From Actinomycetota bacterium (GTDB lineage Bacteria; Actinomycetota; Aquicultoria; SKW223), in assembly GCA_026417515.1 (NCBI GenBank), contig JAOADC010000001.1, positions 4,779 through 68,778 of the forward strand: a stretch of DNA of 64,000 nucleotides, read 5' to 3'. Numbering within the stretch: position 1 is the stretch's first letter; each line of letters opens with the position of its first letter. The notes under the pieces were generated by a model, which saw nothing but the letters and a program-made list of their open reading frames with translations, had not been told where the DNA came from and did not search any database. The translations under genes and the position numbers were made by a program. Shown one piece after another: positions 25,951-36,219 of this stretch.

Positions 25951-27221
25951 CTGTTTGCAACCTCCTTAAATCCCAAGAGGATAGGTCTTTTAATCCAGCC
26001 CGCTCTCAATAGGAGTGCAACTATTGGTCTGGTGAAGGTATAGGTAACGAAGAGGTCTATTAAAATACCTGATGCAAGAGATACAGCAAAACCTTTTACA
26101 GGTCCAACACCCAGAAAAACAAGAGTTATTGCAACGAGGAAGGTAACCAAATCTGCATCGAGAATGGTAATTATCGAGTGGACGAATCCTGATTCGCCTG
26201 CGACGTGGATTTTCTTACCTGCTCTTACCTCTTCTTTTATTCTTTCAAAGATGACAACACAAGAATCAGCAGCAACACCTATCATTAAAATAACACCGGC
26301 CATACTCGGCAGACTCAAAGGCCAGCCCCAAGGAGTCAAACGATTTATGGCAGCTATCACTCCCCAGAGAAGTATTCCAAAGGATACCAAAGACAATGCT
26401 GCAACAATGCCAAGCGAGCGATAATAGATAATCATATATAAACCAACGAGAATCAATCCTGCTATTGCTGCATACAATGCCTGAATAAGCGATTCCTTTC
26501 CAAGAGTGGGTCCAACTATCTGTTTTTCCTGAATTTCAAGGTTCACCGGAAGCGCACCTGTCTGGAGAACAATTGCAAGCCTCTTTGCTTCATCGATGGT
26601 AAAGTTACCTGTTATTTCAGCCCTGCCCCCGCTGATTTTTTCAATAACTCTTGGTGCAGACATAACTTTTCCATCAAGAACTATGGCAATCTGTTTACCG
26701 ACGTACCTTGCCGTTATCTCTTCAAACTTCTTCGCTCCTTCATCAGTAAACTCCATATCAACTTTGGCTTTTCCGAACTGATCGAAGGAAACTTGAGCAT
26801 TTTTCAGATACTTTCCTGTAAGAAGAGTTTTTCCGAGTTTGGCATTTCCCTTTTCGTCTGTACCAAGAACTTCCTTAAACTCAAGAAGGGCTACTTTACC
26901 AAGGACTTCCAACGCTTCCTGAGGTTTTTTGATACCAGGGAGTTCTATGACGATATTGTCTGGCTCCTGAACAGTTATCTGAACTTCAGCAACACCGAGT
27001 TTATCCACTCTTTGGTTCAAAATAAATTTTGCTCTATCAAGAGATTCCTTAGTAACAGGTGTTCCAGGTGCTGGTTTGGCTTTAAAGATGATTCTCATAC
27101 CACCTTTAAGGTCCAAACCAAGTCGAGTGGATTTAGAAATCGGAAATATCAAAAAAAGTGCAGTAACGATTAAGATGAGACATATTGACAGGGTTATCCA
27201 GTGCTTTGTGGATTGCGTCAT
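25947..27221 (-). CDS. secD: Protein translocase subunit SecD
   Basis: 424 aa; large periplasmic P1 domain followed by 6 TM helices; 4-nt overlap with secF. Confidence 0.9.
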   Translation of the reverse strand: MTQSTKHWITLSICLILIVTALFLIFPISKSTRLGLDLKGGMRIIFKAKPAPGTPVTKESLDRAKFILNQRVDKLGVAEVQITVQEPDNIVIELPGIKKPQEALEVLGKVALLEFKEVLGTDEKGNAKLGKTLLTGKYLKNAQVSFDQFGKAKVDMEFTDEGAKKFEEITARYVGKQIAIVLDGKVMSAPRVIEKISGGRAEITGNFTIDEAKRLAIVLQTGALPVNLEIQEKQIVGPTLGKESLIQALYAAIAGLILVGLYMIIYYRSLGIVAALSLVSFGILLWGVIAAINRLTPWGWPLSLPSMAGVILMIGVAADSCVVIFERIKEEVRAGKKIHVAGESGFVHSIITILDADLVTFLVAITLVFLGVGPVKGFAVSLASGILIDLFVTYTFTRPIVALLLRAGWIKRPILLGFKEVANR

Positions 27222-27280
27222 TCTATCCTCCCTATGTGCTATTTAAAACCATTTAATTAAAATCAAACAAGTAAATAATC

Positions 27281-28417
27281 TTAAACTTTTTTGAAACGAT
27301 TTTCACTATACTGATTCAAGAAATTTGAAAGAAATTGAGAATAAATTCCCCTCTCGATTGCAGACCTTGCGTCTTCAATCAGGTTATATAAGAAGAAAAG
27401 GTTATGATAGGTCAGCAATCTTAAAGCCAATGTTTCTTCAGATAGGTATAGATGTCGAATATATCCTGCTGTGAAATTCTCACAGGCAAGACAAGTGCAA
27501 TCAGGGTCCAGCTTCTCGCTGCTCTTTTTAAGCTGCGTGTTTCTTATGTTTCTTGGACCAAATTTCGTAAAAAAAGATCCACCACGAGCAATTCTTGTGG
27601 CCAGGGCTGAATCAAACATATCATACCCCTGAGCAATAGCAGTAAGTATTGAAGGAGGATCACCTAAACCCATAAAATAACGTGGCTTCTCTTCTGGTAG
27701 TCTTTGCGCTACTAAATCAGAAATCTCAAACATCAGTTCCTTTGGTTCACCAACAGAGAGCCCGCCAACTGCATAGCCTGGAAAATTAAGATTTATAAGA
27801 TTTTCGGTTGCCTGAATCCTCAAGTCTTTGAAAAAATTTCCTTGCACAATGCCAAAGAGCATTCTTCCTTCTCTATAAGAATTTGACCAGAATTCTATGG
27901 ATCGTTTTGCCCAAATCTCTGTTATTTTTAGCGCCTTTTCAGCGCTTTCCCTTTTTATTCCATATGGTGTGCAGACATCGATCACCATAGCAATATCGCT
28001 ACCGATAATATCCTGCCATTCAATCACTTTTTCAGGTGTTGCATTTATCTTTTTACCATCGATAAGCGAACGAAATGTAACACCTGATTCCTCAATATGG
28101 ACGTGCTTGTGCAGACTGAAAACCTGATATCCACCTGAATCAGTGAGTATTGGTTTTTTCCAGCCCATATAATTGTTAATGCCTCCAAAATGGGCAATTT
28201 CTTCTAAACCAGGCTTTTCAATTAAATGATATGTGTTTGAAAGAATAATCTCATAGCCAATCGCCTCGACCTCTTGAGGTAAAAGGGTTTTAACCGCTCC
28301 TTTTGTAGCGACAGGCATATAGAATGGAGTCTTCACATCTCCGTGTTTTAATCTTAGAATGCCTGTCCTAGCCCTTGTGGATTTATCCTTTTTTAAAATG
28401 GAAAATCTTTGTTCCAT
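27281..28417 (-). CDS. tgt: Queuine tRNA-ribosyltransferase
   Basis: 378 aa; DSGGYQ catalytic region; zinc site CTCLAC...H. Confidence 0.95.
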   Translation of the reverse strand: MEQRFSILKKDKSTRARTGILRLKHGDVKTPFYMPVATKGAVKTLLPQEVEAIGYEIILSNTYHLIEKPGLEEIAHFGGINNYMGWKKPILTDSGGYQVFSLHKHVHIEESGVTFRSLIDGKKINATPEKVIEWQDIIGSDIAMVIDVCTPYGIKRESAEKALKITEIWAKRSIEFWSNSYREGRMLFGIVQGNFFKDLRIQATENLINLNFPGYAVGGLSVGEPKELMFEISDLVAQRLPEEKPRYFMGLGDPPSILTAIAQGYDMFDSALATRIARGGSFFTKFGPRNIRNTQLKKSSEKLDPDCTCLACENFTAGYIRHLYLSEETLALRLLTYHNLFFLYNLIEDARSAIERGIYSQFLSNFLNQYSENRFKKV

Positions 28418-28425
28418 TAAACCTC

Positions 28426-29448
28426 CTAAATAATTAACATCGCATCTCCAAAAGAGTAAAAACGGTATCTTTTCTCTACAGCAGTCAAGTATGCCCTTTT
28501 CATCAATTCAACACCGCCAAAGGCATAAACCAATGCAAGCAAGGTGGTTCGAGGTAGGTGGAAGTTAGTTATCATACTCTTAACAACCTTAAACTTGTAA
28601 CCTGGATAAATGAAAAGATCAGTTGTTCTTTTTCCAGGAATAATAATTCCGTTCTTTGACGCTGACTCCAAGGCTCTTACAGTTGTGGTTCCGACAGCAA
28701 CCAATCTCTTTCCTTGCCTCAATGCTTCATTGATGGTTTCTGCCTCATATTCGTTTATTTCGTAAATTTCCTCAGATATTCTGTGCTCTTCTATCTCGTT
28801 TTCCTGTATGGGTTTGAAGGTAAAAGTACCCACATGAAGTGTTATGTAAACGATAGTATTTCCATTCTCTTTTAGTCTTTCAATTAAGGATGGTGTGAAA
28901 TGCAGGCCAGCAGTTGGAGCTGCAACTGAACCTTCCTCTTTTGCATATACTGTCTGATACCTTCCCGCATCAGGGATTTCTTTCTTTATATATGGTGGTA
29001 AAGGAACCTGACCGGTTTCTTTAAGTTCCTGGTCGTTTGCTCTTCTCTTGTTATTGCTTACAAACTCAAGCAATCTCTCTCCCTTGCCAAGATATTCTCT
29101 AACAATTGCCTTAATTTTTTCATTGAAAACTATTTCTTTTCCCTCTTTGAATTTCCTTGCTGGCTTTACAAGGCAACGCCAGAGACCCTCTTCAACCTTT
29201 CTTAGTAAAAGAACTTCGACCCTTCCACCTGTAGGTAATCTCCCCACCATTCTAGCTGGAAAAACCATAGAATCGTTGAAGACAATCAGACAATCCTTTA
29301 GATAATCAGTAAGATTGTAAAAATAATCGTGAGCAATTTCCCCCGATTCCCTATTGACTACCATAAGACGAGAATGATCCCTTGGCTCTATAGGTTCCTG
29401 CGCTATTAGTTCTTCTGGTAAATTGTAATCAAGTATTGAGGTTTTCAT
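28426..29448 (-). CDS. queA: S-adenosylmethionine:tRNA ribosyltransferase-isomerase
   Basis: 340 aa; QueA family conserved blocks (YNLPEELIAQEP..., GTTTVRALES). Confidence 0.9.
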   Translation of the reverse strand: MKTSILDYNLPEELIAQEPIEPRDHSRLMVVNRESGEIAHDYFYNLTDYLKDCLIVFNDSMVFPARMVGRLPTGGRVEVLLLRKVEEGLWRCLVKPARKFKEGKEIVFNEKIKAIVREYLGKGERLLEFVSNNKRRANDQELKETGQVPLPPYIKKEIPDAGRYQTVYAKEEGSVAAPTAGLHFTPSLIERLKENGNTIVYITLHVGTFTFKPIQENEIEEHRISEEIYEINEYEAETINEALRQGKRLVAVGTTTVRALESASKNGIIIPGKRTTDLFIYPGYKFKVVKSMITNFHLPRTTLLALVYAFGGVELMKRAYLTAVEKRYRFYSFGDAMLII

Positions 29449-29512
29449 TTCAGATAAAGATTATATCGAGTGATATCGTAAAAGATAAAAGTTAAGTGAT
29501 TATAATTGTATT

Positions 29513-30085
29513 ATGCTCATTGATATAAATATGCTTCCAAAAAAATCTGAAGTTTTTATCCATGTTTGCTGCGGAGCCTGTCTGAACTCAGTTTTTGATA
29601 TCTTCAATGAAGGATCTATAGATTTAAGACTTTTCTTCTTCAATCCAAATATTCATCCATATGCTGAGTTCTTAAGAAGAAGAGAGGCGCTGCTTGCCTA
29701 TCTTAAATTGAGAAAAGTCGATTTAGAATTAGAAATTCCAGAATATGAAGTTGTCGATTATTTTCGAGCCGTCAATGGTTTTGAAGATTATCCTGATAGA
29801 TGCCGATTTTGCTATAGATTAAGATTTCAGGAAACCGCAAAGAAGGCTGCTGAAAACGGAATAAAATATATAACATCAACAATATTTGCTTCACCGTATC
29901 AGAAGAAGCAGATAGCATTAGAAGAAGCGCTACGTGCTGCAGAGACTTTTGATCTGGCAGTTGTTAACTATGATATTGAGAAGAAAAGATATAGAGAAAA
30001 AGTTGAAGAGTTCAAAAAAGACGGGTTCTATTATCAGAATTATTGTGGGTGCATTTTTTCTGAGGTAGAAAGATTGATAAGATAG
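29513..30085 (+). CDS. queH: Epoxyqueuosine reductase QueH (DUF208)
   Basis: HVCCGAC N-terminal Cys motif and C-terminal YQNYCGC, about 190 aa; transcribed divergently from queA-tgt. Confidence 0.8.
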   Translation: MLIDINMLPKKSEVFIHVCCGACLNSVFDIFNEGSIDLRLFFFNPNIHPYAEFLRRREALLAYLKLRKVDLELEIPEYEVVDYFRAVNGFEDYPDRCRFCYRLRFQETAKKAAENGIKYITSTIFASPYQKKQIALEEALRAAETFDLAVVNYDIEKKRYREKVEEFKKDGFYYQNYCGCIFSEVERLIR

Positions 30086-30092
30086 ATAGACA

Positions 30093-30332
30093 ATGGAACC
30101 ATTTGGAACACTTGGAAAAACGCTCATATTAATTGGAATATTTATCATTATCTTTGGATTGATAATACTTCTGTTGTCAAATATCCCCTCAAAAATCAGG
30201 AGGCTTCCTGGAGATATTTACTTTGAACGCGATGGATTTAAATTTTATTTTCCAATAGCTACCTCTATCTTGTTGAGCATCATTCTTACGATACTTCTAA
30301 ACATCATCTTTTACTTTTTTAGAAACAGGTAA
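30093..30332 (+). CDS. DUF2905 family small membrane protein
   Basis: 79 aa, two TM helices flanking an RLPGDIYFE motif. Confidence 0.5.
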   Translation: MEPFGTLGKTLILIGIFIIIFGLIILLLSNIPSKIRRLPGDIYFERDGFKFYFPIATSILLSIILTILLNIIFYFFRNR

Positions 30333-30333
30333 A

Positions 30334-31644
30334 CTACCTTTCAAGTAACACAAGTGTCTCAACGTGTGAGGTTTGAGGGTAAAAATCAATCAGATAAATT
30401 TTTTCAATCTTGAATTCACTATTTATTAAACTTGAGATGTCTCTTGCAAGAGTGGCTGGATTGCACGAAAGATAGAATATCCTTCGTAGATCGGAAGAAT
30501 TGATAATGGCTTTAATAATATTAGACGATAGACCGCTTCGAGGAGGATTTACGATGCAAGTATCAACCTCAATTATTTCTTCCACTTCTTTTAGGTCTAA
30601 ATTTAAGAACTCAACCCTTCTTTCATTTATGAACGCATTTTCTATTGCATCTATCCAAGCATAAGTGTTTATTTCAACTCCAAGCACTTCCACGACATCT
30701 GCAAGCATAGTGGTTAAAAGACCAGAACCACAGTATAAATCAACAACCTTTTTTACATCTCTTTGAATTATCTGATTCTTAATAAGCTCGTAGACCTTAA
30801 ACGATTGATTTAGATTGGGTTGAAAAAAAGATAGTGGTGATAAACCAAAAGAATATTGATTGTATTGAGTATATATTTTTTCAGTACCTTCGAGAAGTTT
30901 GAAACCCTTACCAGGAAGCTCTGTTTTCGAAAGAGAAAGAGAAATTGAAATGTCTTCAAAAAATTCCATTAGGCGTTCGACAATTCTCTTAGATAGTGCT
31001 CTTGAACCGTTGCCAGAATTTCCTACGAATAGAATGGAAACTGAATCCTCGCTTTGATTGGTCCTTATTTCAACTGCTTTAAGACCGTCTATGAAGGGGG
31101 TTTCTTCAGATTTCTCCAACTCTTCTGAAAGAATTTTAAGTATAAAATTTAAACTTTTGCTGATTACAGGACATTCATCTATTCTTACTACTTCTTTTGA
31201 TTTGTAGGAATTAAAACCTAAATTCCTGCCATCGAAATGTAGCCTTGCCCTTAATCTATAATTCCAGGGACTTGATTCTGCAATCGATAGATCTATGTCG
31301 TCGATATCGATGTTCAAACCGCCTATCCTATTTAATGAGTCAACAAGTATTGACCTTTTCATTTCTATCTGTGTTTTATAATCTGCCATTTGGAAATCAC
31401 AGCCACCACAAACACCGAAATAGCGGCACTTTGGAGATACTCGGAATTTTGATTCAGATACAACTCGATAGTTGTTAACGAAATTGATTCCTCGTTTTCT
31501 CACTACTGAAATTGGTTGAACTGTTTCTTCAGGAAGAACTCCCCTTATAAAATAAACTTCTCCTTCTCTTCTTGCTATGCCAAAACCACCGGAAACCACT
31601 TTTTCAATTTTGAGTTCAATATTATTTTTTGATTGGTTTTGCAA
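30334..31644 (-). CDS. rlmD: 23S rRNA (uracil-C5)-methyltransferase, RumA/RlmD family
   Basis: N-terminal TRAM domain, Fe-S Cys cluster CRYFGVCGGCDFQ, class I SAM-MTase motifs DLYCGSG and a C-terminal catalytic Cys region. Confidence 0.8.
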   Translation of the reverse strand: MQNQSKNNIELKIEKVVSGGFGIARREGEVYFIRGVLPEETVQPISVVRKRGINFVNNYRVVSESKFRVSPKCRYFGVCGGCDFQMADYKTQIEMKRSILVDSLNRIGGLNIDIDDIDLSIAESSPWNYRLRARLHFDGRNLGFNSYKSKEVVRIDECPVISKSLNFILKILSEELEKSEETPFIDGLKAVEIRTNQSEDSVSILFVGNSGNGSRALSKRIVERLMEFFEDISISLSLSKTELPGKGFKLLEGTEKIYTQYNQYSFGLSPLSFFQPNLNQSFKVYELIKNQIIQRDVKKVVDLYCGSGLLTTMLADVVEVLGVEINTYAWIDAIENAFINERRVEFLNLDLKEVEEIIEVDTCIVNPPRSGLSSNIIKAIINSSDLRRIFYLSCNPATLARDISSLINSEFKIEKIYLIDFYPQTSHVETLVLLER

Positions 31645-32191
31645 GTATAGCCTCCATTCTTAAATCGAAGAAGTTATGAGAATTCGCAGCTCTCATCATT
31701 ACAACGGTATCAGCACCCTCGCCGCTACCTGCAACTGCTATTACCCTTTCGCCTGTCATAACAAATCCGGCATCTGCAGCCATCGTTACAAGCTCGAAAG
31801 CAACTTTAAATCCCTCGCAGGCTGTTCGAAGAACAGAAGCAACGATATCTTCAATTAGGTATGTCTTTAAGGCTCTTCTGACCGCCCTTGAAAATCCAGC
31901 AAAAGTATGTGATGCGGTAACGACCGGAACACCGTTTCTATAAAGTTCCTCTCGGATTTCTTTTTCCATTTCGTCTTCATTTGGTTCATAAAAACCAAAA
32001 GCATGTGAAACAACGATAAGTTTTTCGCTTCCGATTAAGTCGAGTGCTTTCTTTGCCGTCTTTCCAGACGAACTTGCAACAATGATTTTTGATGAGTTAT
32101 ATTTTTCTGCAGCCTCTTTTGCAATCATCAAAGCCTGTTCTGTATTTTTTGGACCTGGTTCTTCAAAAAGAACACATTCTACTTTTATCAT
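31622..32191 (-). CDS. Stand-alone pyruvate kinase C-terminal (alpha/beta) domain-like protein
   Basis: 189 aa resembling the PK_C fold (IIVASSSGKTAK...VIAVAGSGEG). No kinase catalytic domain. Overlaps the rlmD start by 23 nt. Confidence 0.45.
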   Translation of the reverse strand: MIKVECVLFEEPGPKNTEQALMIAKEAAEKYNSSKIIVASSSGKTAKKALDLIGSEKLIVVSHAFGFYEPNEDEMEKEIREELYRNGVPVVTASHTFAGFSRAVRRALKTYLIEDIVASVLRTACEGFKVAFELVTMAADAGFVMTGERVIAVAGSGEGADTVVMMRAANSHNFFDLRMEAILAKPIKK

Positions 32192-32257
32192 TTGGCACCT
32201 CCTAATTAATAGTAAATGTATAATTTTTAGATTAACAAATATAGGAGGTCTGTAAAG

Positions 32258-33706
32258 TTGCCATTTTCTTTTAAGGATTTAAGAGATTTCATATCTTTTT
32301 TAGAAGCCAAAAATCAGCTAAAACGTGTAAAAGTTGAGGTAGACCCCATTCTAGAGATCACAGAAATTACTGATAGGACTGTTAAAAAATATGGTCCTGC
32401 TTTGATCTTTGAAAATGTTAAGGACAGTAAATTCCCTGTCGCAATAAATCTTTTTGGTACCTACGAAAGAACAGCATGGGCACTCGGTTTTGATTCTTTC
32501 AGCGAAATTGAGAAGTTTTTACCAAATGTATTGAGTATGATTCCATCTAATCTAAAAGAAGCATTTGGCACCTTAATTGAACTTTCGAAATTCAGACATT
32601 TGAAGCCGAAGCTGGTAAAAAAAGCACCTTCTCAGGAGATTGTAAAAACCGACGACGCAAACATTCTCGAGTTTCCAATACTTAAGTGTTGGCCTGAGGA
32701 TGCAGGTCGTTTCATCACACTACCTCTTGTTATAACAAAAGATCCTGAAACTGGTATTCATAATGTTGGAATGTATAGAATGCAGGTTTACGACGAAAAG
32801 ACAACAGGTATGCACTGGCATATACATCATGATGGTGCTCAGAACTTTTTGAAATCTGACAAGGATAAACCTTTCGAAGTTGCTGTTGCGCTTGGAGGCG
32901 AACCAGCACTCATCTATTCAGCAACTGCACCGCTACCCAGGAATGTAAGTGAGTATATGCTGGCAGGTATTCTCAATCACCGGCCTATTGAACTTGTAAA
33001 GGCAAAGACTGTCGATTTGCTGGTTCCTGCAAACGCTGAAATCATTATCGAAGGATATGTACTTCACGGCGAAACAAGGCTTGAAGGTCCTTTTGGCGAT
33101 CATACAGGATACTACTCACTTGCCGATCAGTTTCCTGTTTTTCATATTACTGCTATTACCCATCGTAAGGATGCCATCTACCCTGCAACGATAGTTGGTA
33201 GACCTCCAATGGAGGATTGTTATCTTGGTAAGGCAACTGAAAGATTCTTTCTTCCTGTAATCAAACAGTTAGTTCACGAGGTTGTTGATATCGATATGCC
33301 ATTAGAAGGTGTATTTCATAATTGTGTTATCGTTTCCATTGAAAAGACCTATCCAAAACAAGCATTCAAGGTAATGAATGCTCTCTGGAGTTTGGGTCAA
33401 ATGATGTTCTCCAAGTTCATAGTTATTGTAGACAGCGATGTTAACGTTCACGATTATTCTGAAGTTGCCTGGAGAGTATTTAACAACGTTGATCCAAAAA
33501 GAGACGTGCTTTTAACTGAAGGGCCTCTTGACGTTCTGGATCATTCTGCACCAAACCCTTACTGGGGATACAAAATGGGTATCGATGCGACGAGAAAATT
33601 GCCTGAAGAGGGACATCCAAGACCTTGGCCAAAAGATATTGTTATGAGTGAAGATATTAAAAAAATCGTCGATGAAAAATGGAAGGAGTTTGGAATTGAC
33701 ATCTAA
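32258..33706 (+). CDS. UbiD-family decarboxylase (menaquinone late-step MqnL-like)
   Basis: 482 aa; UbiD signatures; co-located with ubiX and a UbiA prenyltransferase next to the mqn genes. Confidence 0.8.
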   Translation: MPFSFKDLRDFISFLEAKNQLKRVKVEVDPILEITEITDRTVKKYGPALIFENVKDSKFPVAINLFGTYERTAWALGFDSFSEIEKFLPNVLSMIPSNLKEAFGTLIELSKFRHLKPKLVKKAPSQEIVKTDDANILEFPILKCWPEDAGRFITLPLVITKDPETGIHNVGMYRMQVYDEKTTGMHWHIHHDGAQNFLKSDKDKPFEVAVALGGEPALIYSATAPLPRNVSEYMLAGILNHRPIELVKAKTVDLLVPANAEIIIEGYVLHGETRLEGPFGDHTGYYSLADQFPVFHITAITHRKDAIYPATIVGRPPMEDCYLGKATERFFLPVIKQLVHEVVDIDMPLEGVFHNCVIVSIEKTYPKQAFKVMNALWSLGQMMFSKFIVIVDSDVNVHDYSEVAWRVFNNVDPKRDVLLTEGPLDVLDHSAPNPYWGYKMGIDATRKLPEEGHPRPWPKDIVMSEDIKKIVDEKWKEFGIDI

Positions 33707-34565
33707 ATTCATAGAAAGAATATTCATCATCCTCGACGAAATAAGATATGAACAAACACTTTTTTCTCTTCCACTCATCTTTGTTGGAGCACTTTTTGCC
33801 TCTCAATTTAAACTGAAAATTACTCAGGTTGTGCTAATCATAATTGCTGCTGCAACAGCTCGTGCAATTGGAATGCTTGTCAACCGTTTGGTTGATATTT
33901 CCATTGATAGACTTAATCCAAGAACAAAAGGAAGACATCTTGCATCAGGTTCACTTAAACCTTCTCAAGCCATCTTTTTCTCTATTCTTTCCTTTATTAT
34001 CTACATCTCAGCAGCGTACAAACTCGGTCCAGTTCCATTAAAGCTTTCATGGATACCTGTATTGATGTTCATAATTTATCCATATACAAAAAGATTCACC
34101 TGGGGATGCCATTTTTTCTTAGGGCTAACACACGCTCTGGCACCGCTGGCAGGTTGGATTGCAGTTAATCCTAGATTTACGTTGGAACCTTTCTTGCTTT
34201 ATTTGACATCTTTTTTCTGGGTTTCTGGGTTTGACATATATTACGCAACAATGGATTATGATTTTGATGTTAAGTATGGTGTCCATTCAGTTCCATCTCG
34301 TTTTGGAATAAAATCTGTTCCATTCTTTACGCTAACATTACATTTGCTTTCTCTTATATCTATATTGCTTTTCTCCTTTTTCGTTAACGCTTCTTTGGTA
34401 TTCAAATTGTCAGTTCTTATTGCAGGACTATTTGTCATCTATAATGACTCGGTTTTTCTTAAGCATTTAGGCACTCCTCGAATCAATTCATATTTGCAGA
34501 GAAATTCCTATTTCAGTGTGATTGTCTTTATTGGTGCCCTTCTCGAATTTTTTGTAAGGAAGTGA
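33696..34565 (+). CDS. UbiA-family polyprenyltransferase (MqnP-like); start uncertain (GTG 33648, ATG 33672 or TTG 33696 after GGAAGGAG)
   Basis: 8-9 TM helices; Asp-rich motifs NRLVDISIDRLNPRTKGR (NDxxDxxxD-like) and YATMDYDFD. Confidence 0.7.
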   Translation: MTSKFIERIFIILDEIRYEQTLFSLPLIFVGALFASQFKLKITQVVLIIIAAATARAIGMLVNRLVDISIDRLNPRTKGRHLASGSLKPSQAIFFSILSFIIYISAAYKLGPVPLKLSWIPVLMFIIYPYTKRFTWGCHFFLGLTHALAPLAGWIAVNPRFTLEPFLLYLTSFFWVSGFDIYYATMDYDFDVKYGVHSVPSRFGIKSVPFFTLTLHLLSLISILLFSFFVNASLVFKLSVLIAGLFVIYNDSVFLKHLGTPRINSYLQRNSYFSVIVFIGALLEFFVRK

Positions 34566-34568
34566 AAG

Positions 34569-35156
34569 ATGAAAATTTTTGTTGGTATTACTGGTGCAAG
34601 CGGAAGTCTATATGGAATAAGAATCGCACAGGAGTTGCTTAAAAAAGGAGACGAAGTATATCTATGCATTTCTGAAGCAGGAGAGATGGTTGTAAAAGAA
34701 GAATTGGGACTCGTTTCTGATAACATTATTGATGAAATTATTGATAAATACTTTAACTCGATAAGAAAACCAATCTTCTTAAAACCAGGTCAATTGAATT
34801 CTGCTCCAGCAAGTGGAAGTTCTAACTTCGATATTGTTTTTGTTGCTCCCTGTTCTGTTTCAACACTCTCCAATATTGCCTACGGTACTTCACGAAATTT
34901 AATCCACAGAGCTGCAGATGTTGCGCTCAAAGAAAGAAAAAAACTTATCCTTCTCATCAGAGAAACTCCATTATCAATAGTTCATATAAAAGCTATGCTT
35001 GAGGCTGCATCAGCAGGAGCTGTTATTTTGCCAGCATCTCCAGCGTTTTACACAAACCCTTCAAAAATAGATGATCTCGTTGATTTTATCGTTGGGAAGG
35101 CTCTTGATGTTGCTGGAATAGAGAATAATCTCTACAGACGGTATAAAACTAATTAA
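34569..35156 (+). CDS. ubiX: Flavin prenyltransferase UbiX
   Basis: MKIFVGITGASGSLYGIR flavoprotein N-terminus, 195 aa. Confidence 0.85.
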   Translation: MKIFVGITGASGSLYGIRIAQELLKKGDEVYLCISEAGEMVVKEELGLVSDNIIDEIIDKYFNSIRKPIFLKPGQLNSAPASGSSNFDIVFVAPCSVSTLSNIAYGTSRNLIHRAADVALKERKKLILLIRETPLSIVHIKAMLEAASAGAVILPASPAFYTNPSKIDDLVDFIVGKALDVAGIENNLYRRYKTN

Positions 35157-36219
35157 ATTCTCTTACAATCGTAAAATCGGTTTTTCTCTGCGCTGGTTTT
35201 CTATCTGCAGACTTTATAAGATTAACCATTTCGTCAATCGCCATCCTTACTGCATTGTGACCAGTTGCTCGAACCACATTCTCCTCAAGCATAATACTTC
35301 CCAGATCATCGGCTCCAAAGTAAAGAGCCATTTGAGCAGTTTTCTTACCAACAGTCAACCAGCTGGCTTGCACATGAGGAATGTTATCCATAAAGATTCT
35401 TGCTACTGCAAGAGTCCTTAAATAATCCACAGAAGTTGTTTTTGTTCCACCAAGCTCTGTCTTGCCAGGATAGTATATCCAGGGTATGAATGATAAGAAT
35501 CCACCTGTTTTATCCTGAAGTTTTCTAATCCTTTCAAGGTGCAAGATCCTATCCTCAATTGTTTCTCGATGACCAATCACCATAGTTGCAGTAGATTTCA
35601 AACCTAATAGGTGGGCTTTTTCATGAATCTGAAGCCATTTTGACGATGAGATCTTTTTTGGACTGATGATTTTCCTTACTTTATCCACAAGAATTTCTGC
35701 GCCGCCACCTGGTAGAGAAGATAAACCACTTTCTTTCAGTTTTGTAAGAACTTCTTCAATGGATAGGTTATGAATTTTTGAAAAATAATCAATTTCTGTA
35801 GCTGTTAGGCTATGGATTGAAATTTGCGGAAACCTCTTTTTTATCAAAGAAAATATGTTTGTTATGTAGTAAAGATCAGTTTTTCTGTAAAGACCTCCCT
35901 GAAGCATTACCTGAGTGGCACCCATATTAACTGCTTCTTCTACCTTATTTAGAATCTCTTCTTCTGATAGGACGTAGGCATCAGAATCTTCCTCATCGCG
36001 GCTGAAGGCGCAGAATTTGCACCTGACTTCGCAGATGTTTGTATAGTTAATATTCCTATCAACTATAAAAGTTACCTTATTACCATATTTTTCTTCTTTT
36101 ATATCGTTAGCAATCTTTGCTAACAGACTAAGAGGATATTCTCTAAACAGAGAAATCGCTTCTTCAGAAGTAATTCTTTTGCCTTTTTCAATTTTTCTTG
36201 CCAGGTCATCAAATTTCAT
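35149..36219 (-). CDS. Radical SAM menaquinone-biosynthesis enzyme, MqnC/MqnE family (paralog 1)
   Basis: CEVRCKFCAF CxxxCxxC motif, CofH/MqnC/MqnE-like length (356 aa), adjacent to mqnA. Confidence 0.7.
   Translation of the reverse strand: MKFDDLARKIEKGKRITSEEAISLFREYPLSLLAKIANDIKEEKYGNKVTFIVDRNINYTNICEVRCKFCAFSRDEEDSDAYVLSEEEILNKVEEAVNMGATQVMLQGGLYRKTDLYYITNIFSLIKKRFPQISIHSLTATEIDYFSKIHNLSIEEVLTKLKESGLSSLPGGGAEILVDKVRKIISPKKISSSKWLQIHEKAHLLGLKSTATMVIGHRETIEDRILHLERIRKLQDKTGGFLSFIPWIYYPGKTELGGTKTTSVDYLRTLAVARIFMDNIPHVQASWLTVGKKTAQMALYFGADDLGSIMLEENVVRATGHNAVRMAIDEMVNLIKSADRKPAQRKTDFTIVREFN

Noticed and set aside
29449-29512. Looked for a preQ1 riboswitch in the queA/queH divergent region
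   Set aside because: No preQ1-I-like hairpin followed by an A-rich tail is visible. This would need an Infernal scan to exclude formally.
33648-33706. Apparent 59-nt overlap of the ubiA-like ORF with the ubiD 3' end
   Set aside because: This is an artefact of taking the most upstream alternative start (GTG). A TTG at 33696 sits 8 nt after a GGAAGGAG RBS and leaves only an 11-nt overlap. That start was adopted with the uncertainty flagged.
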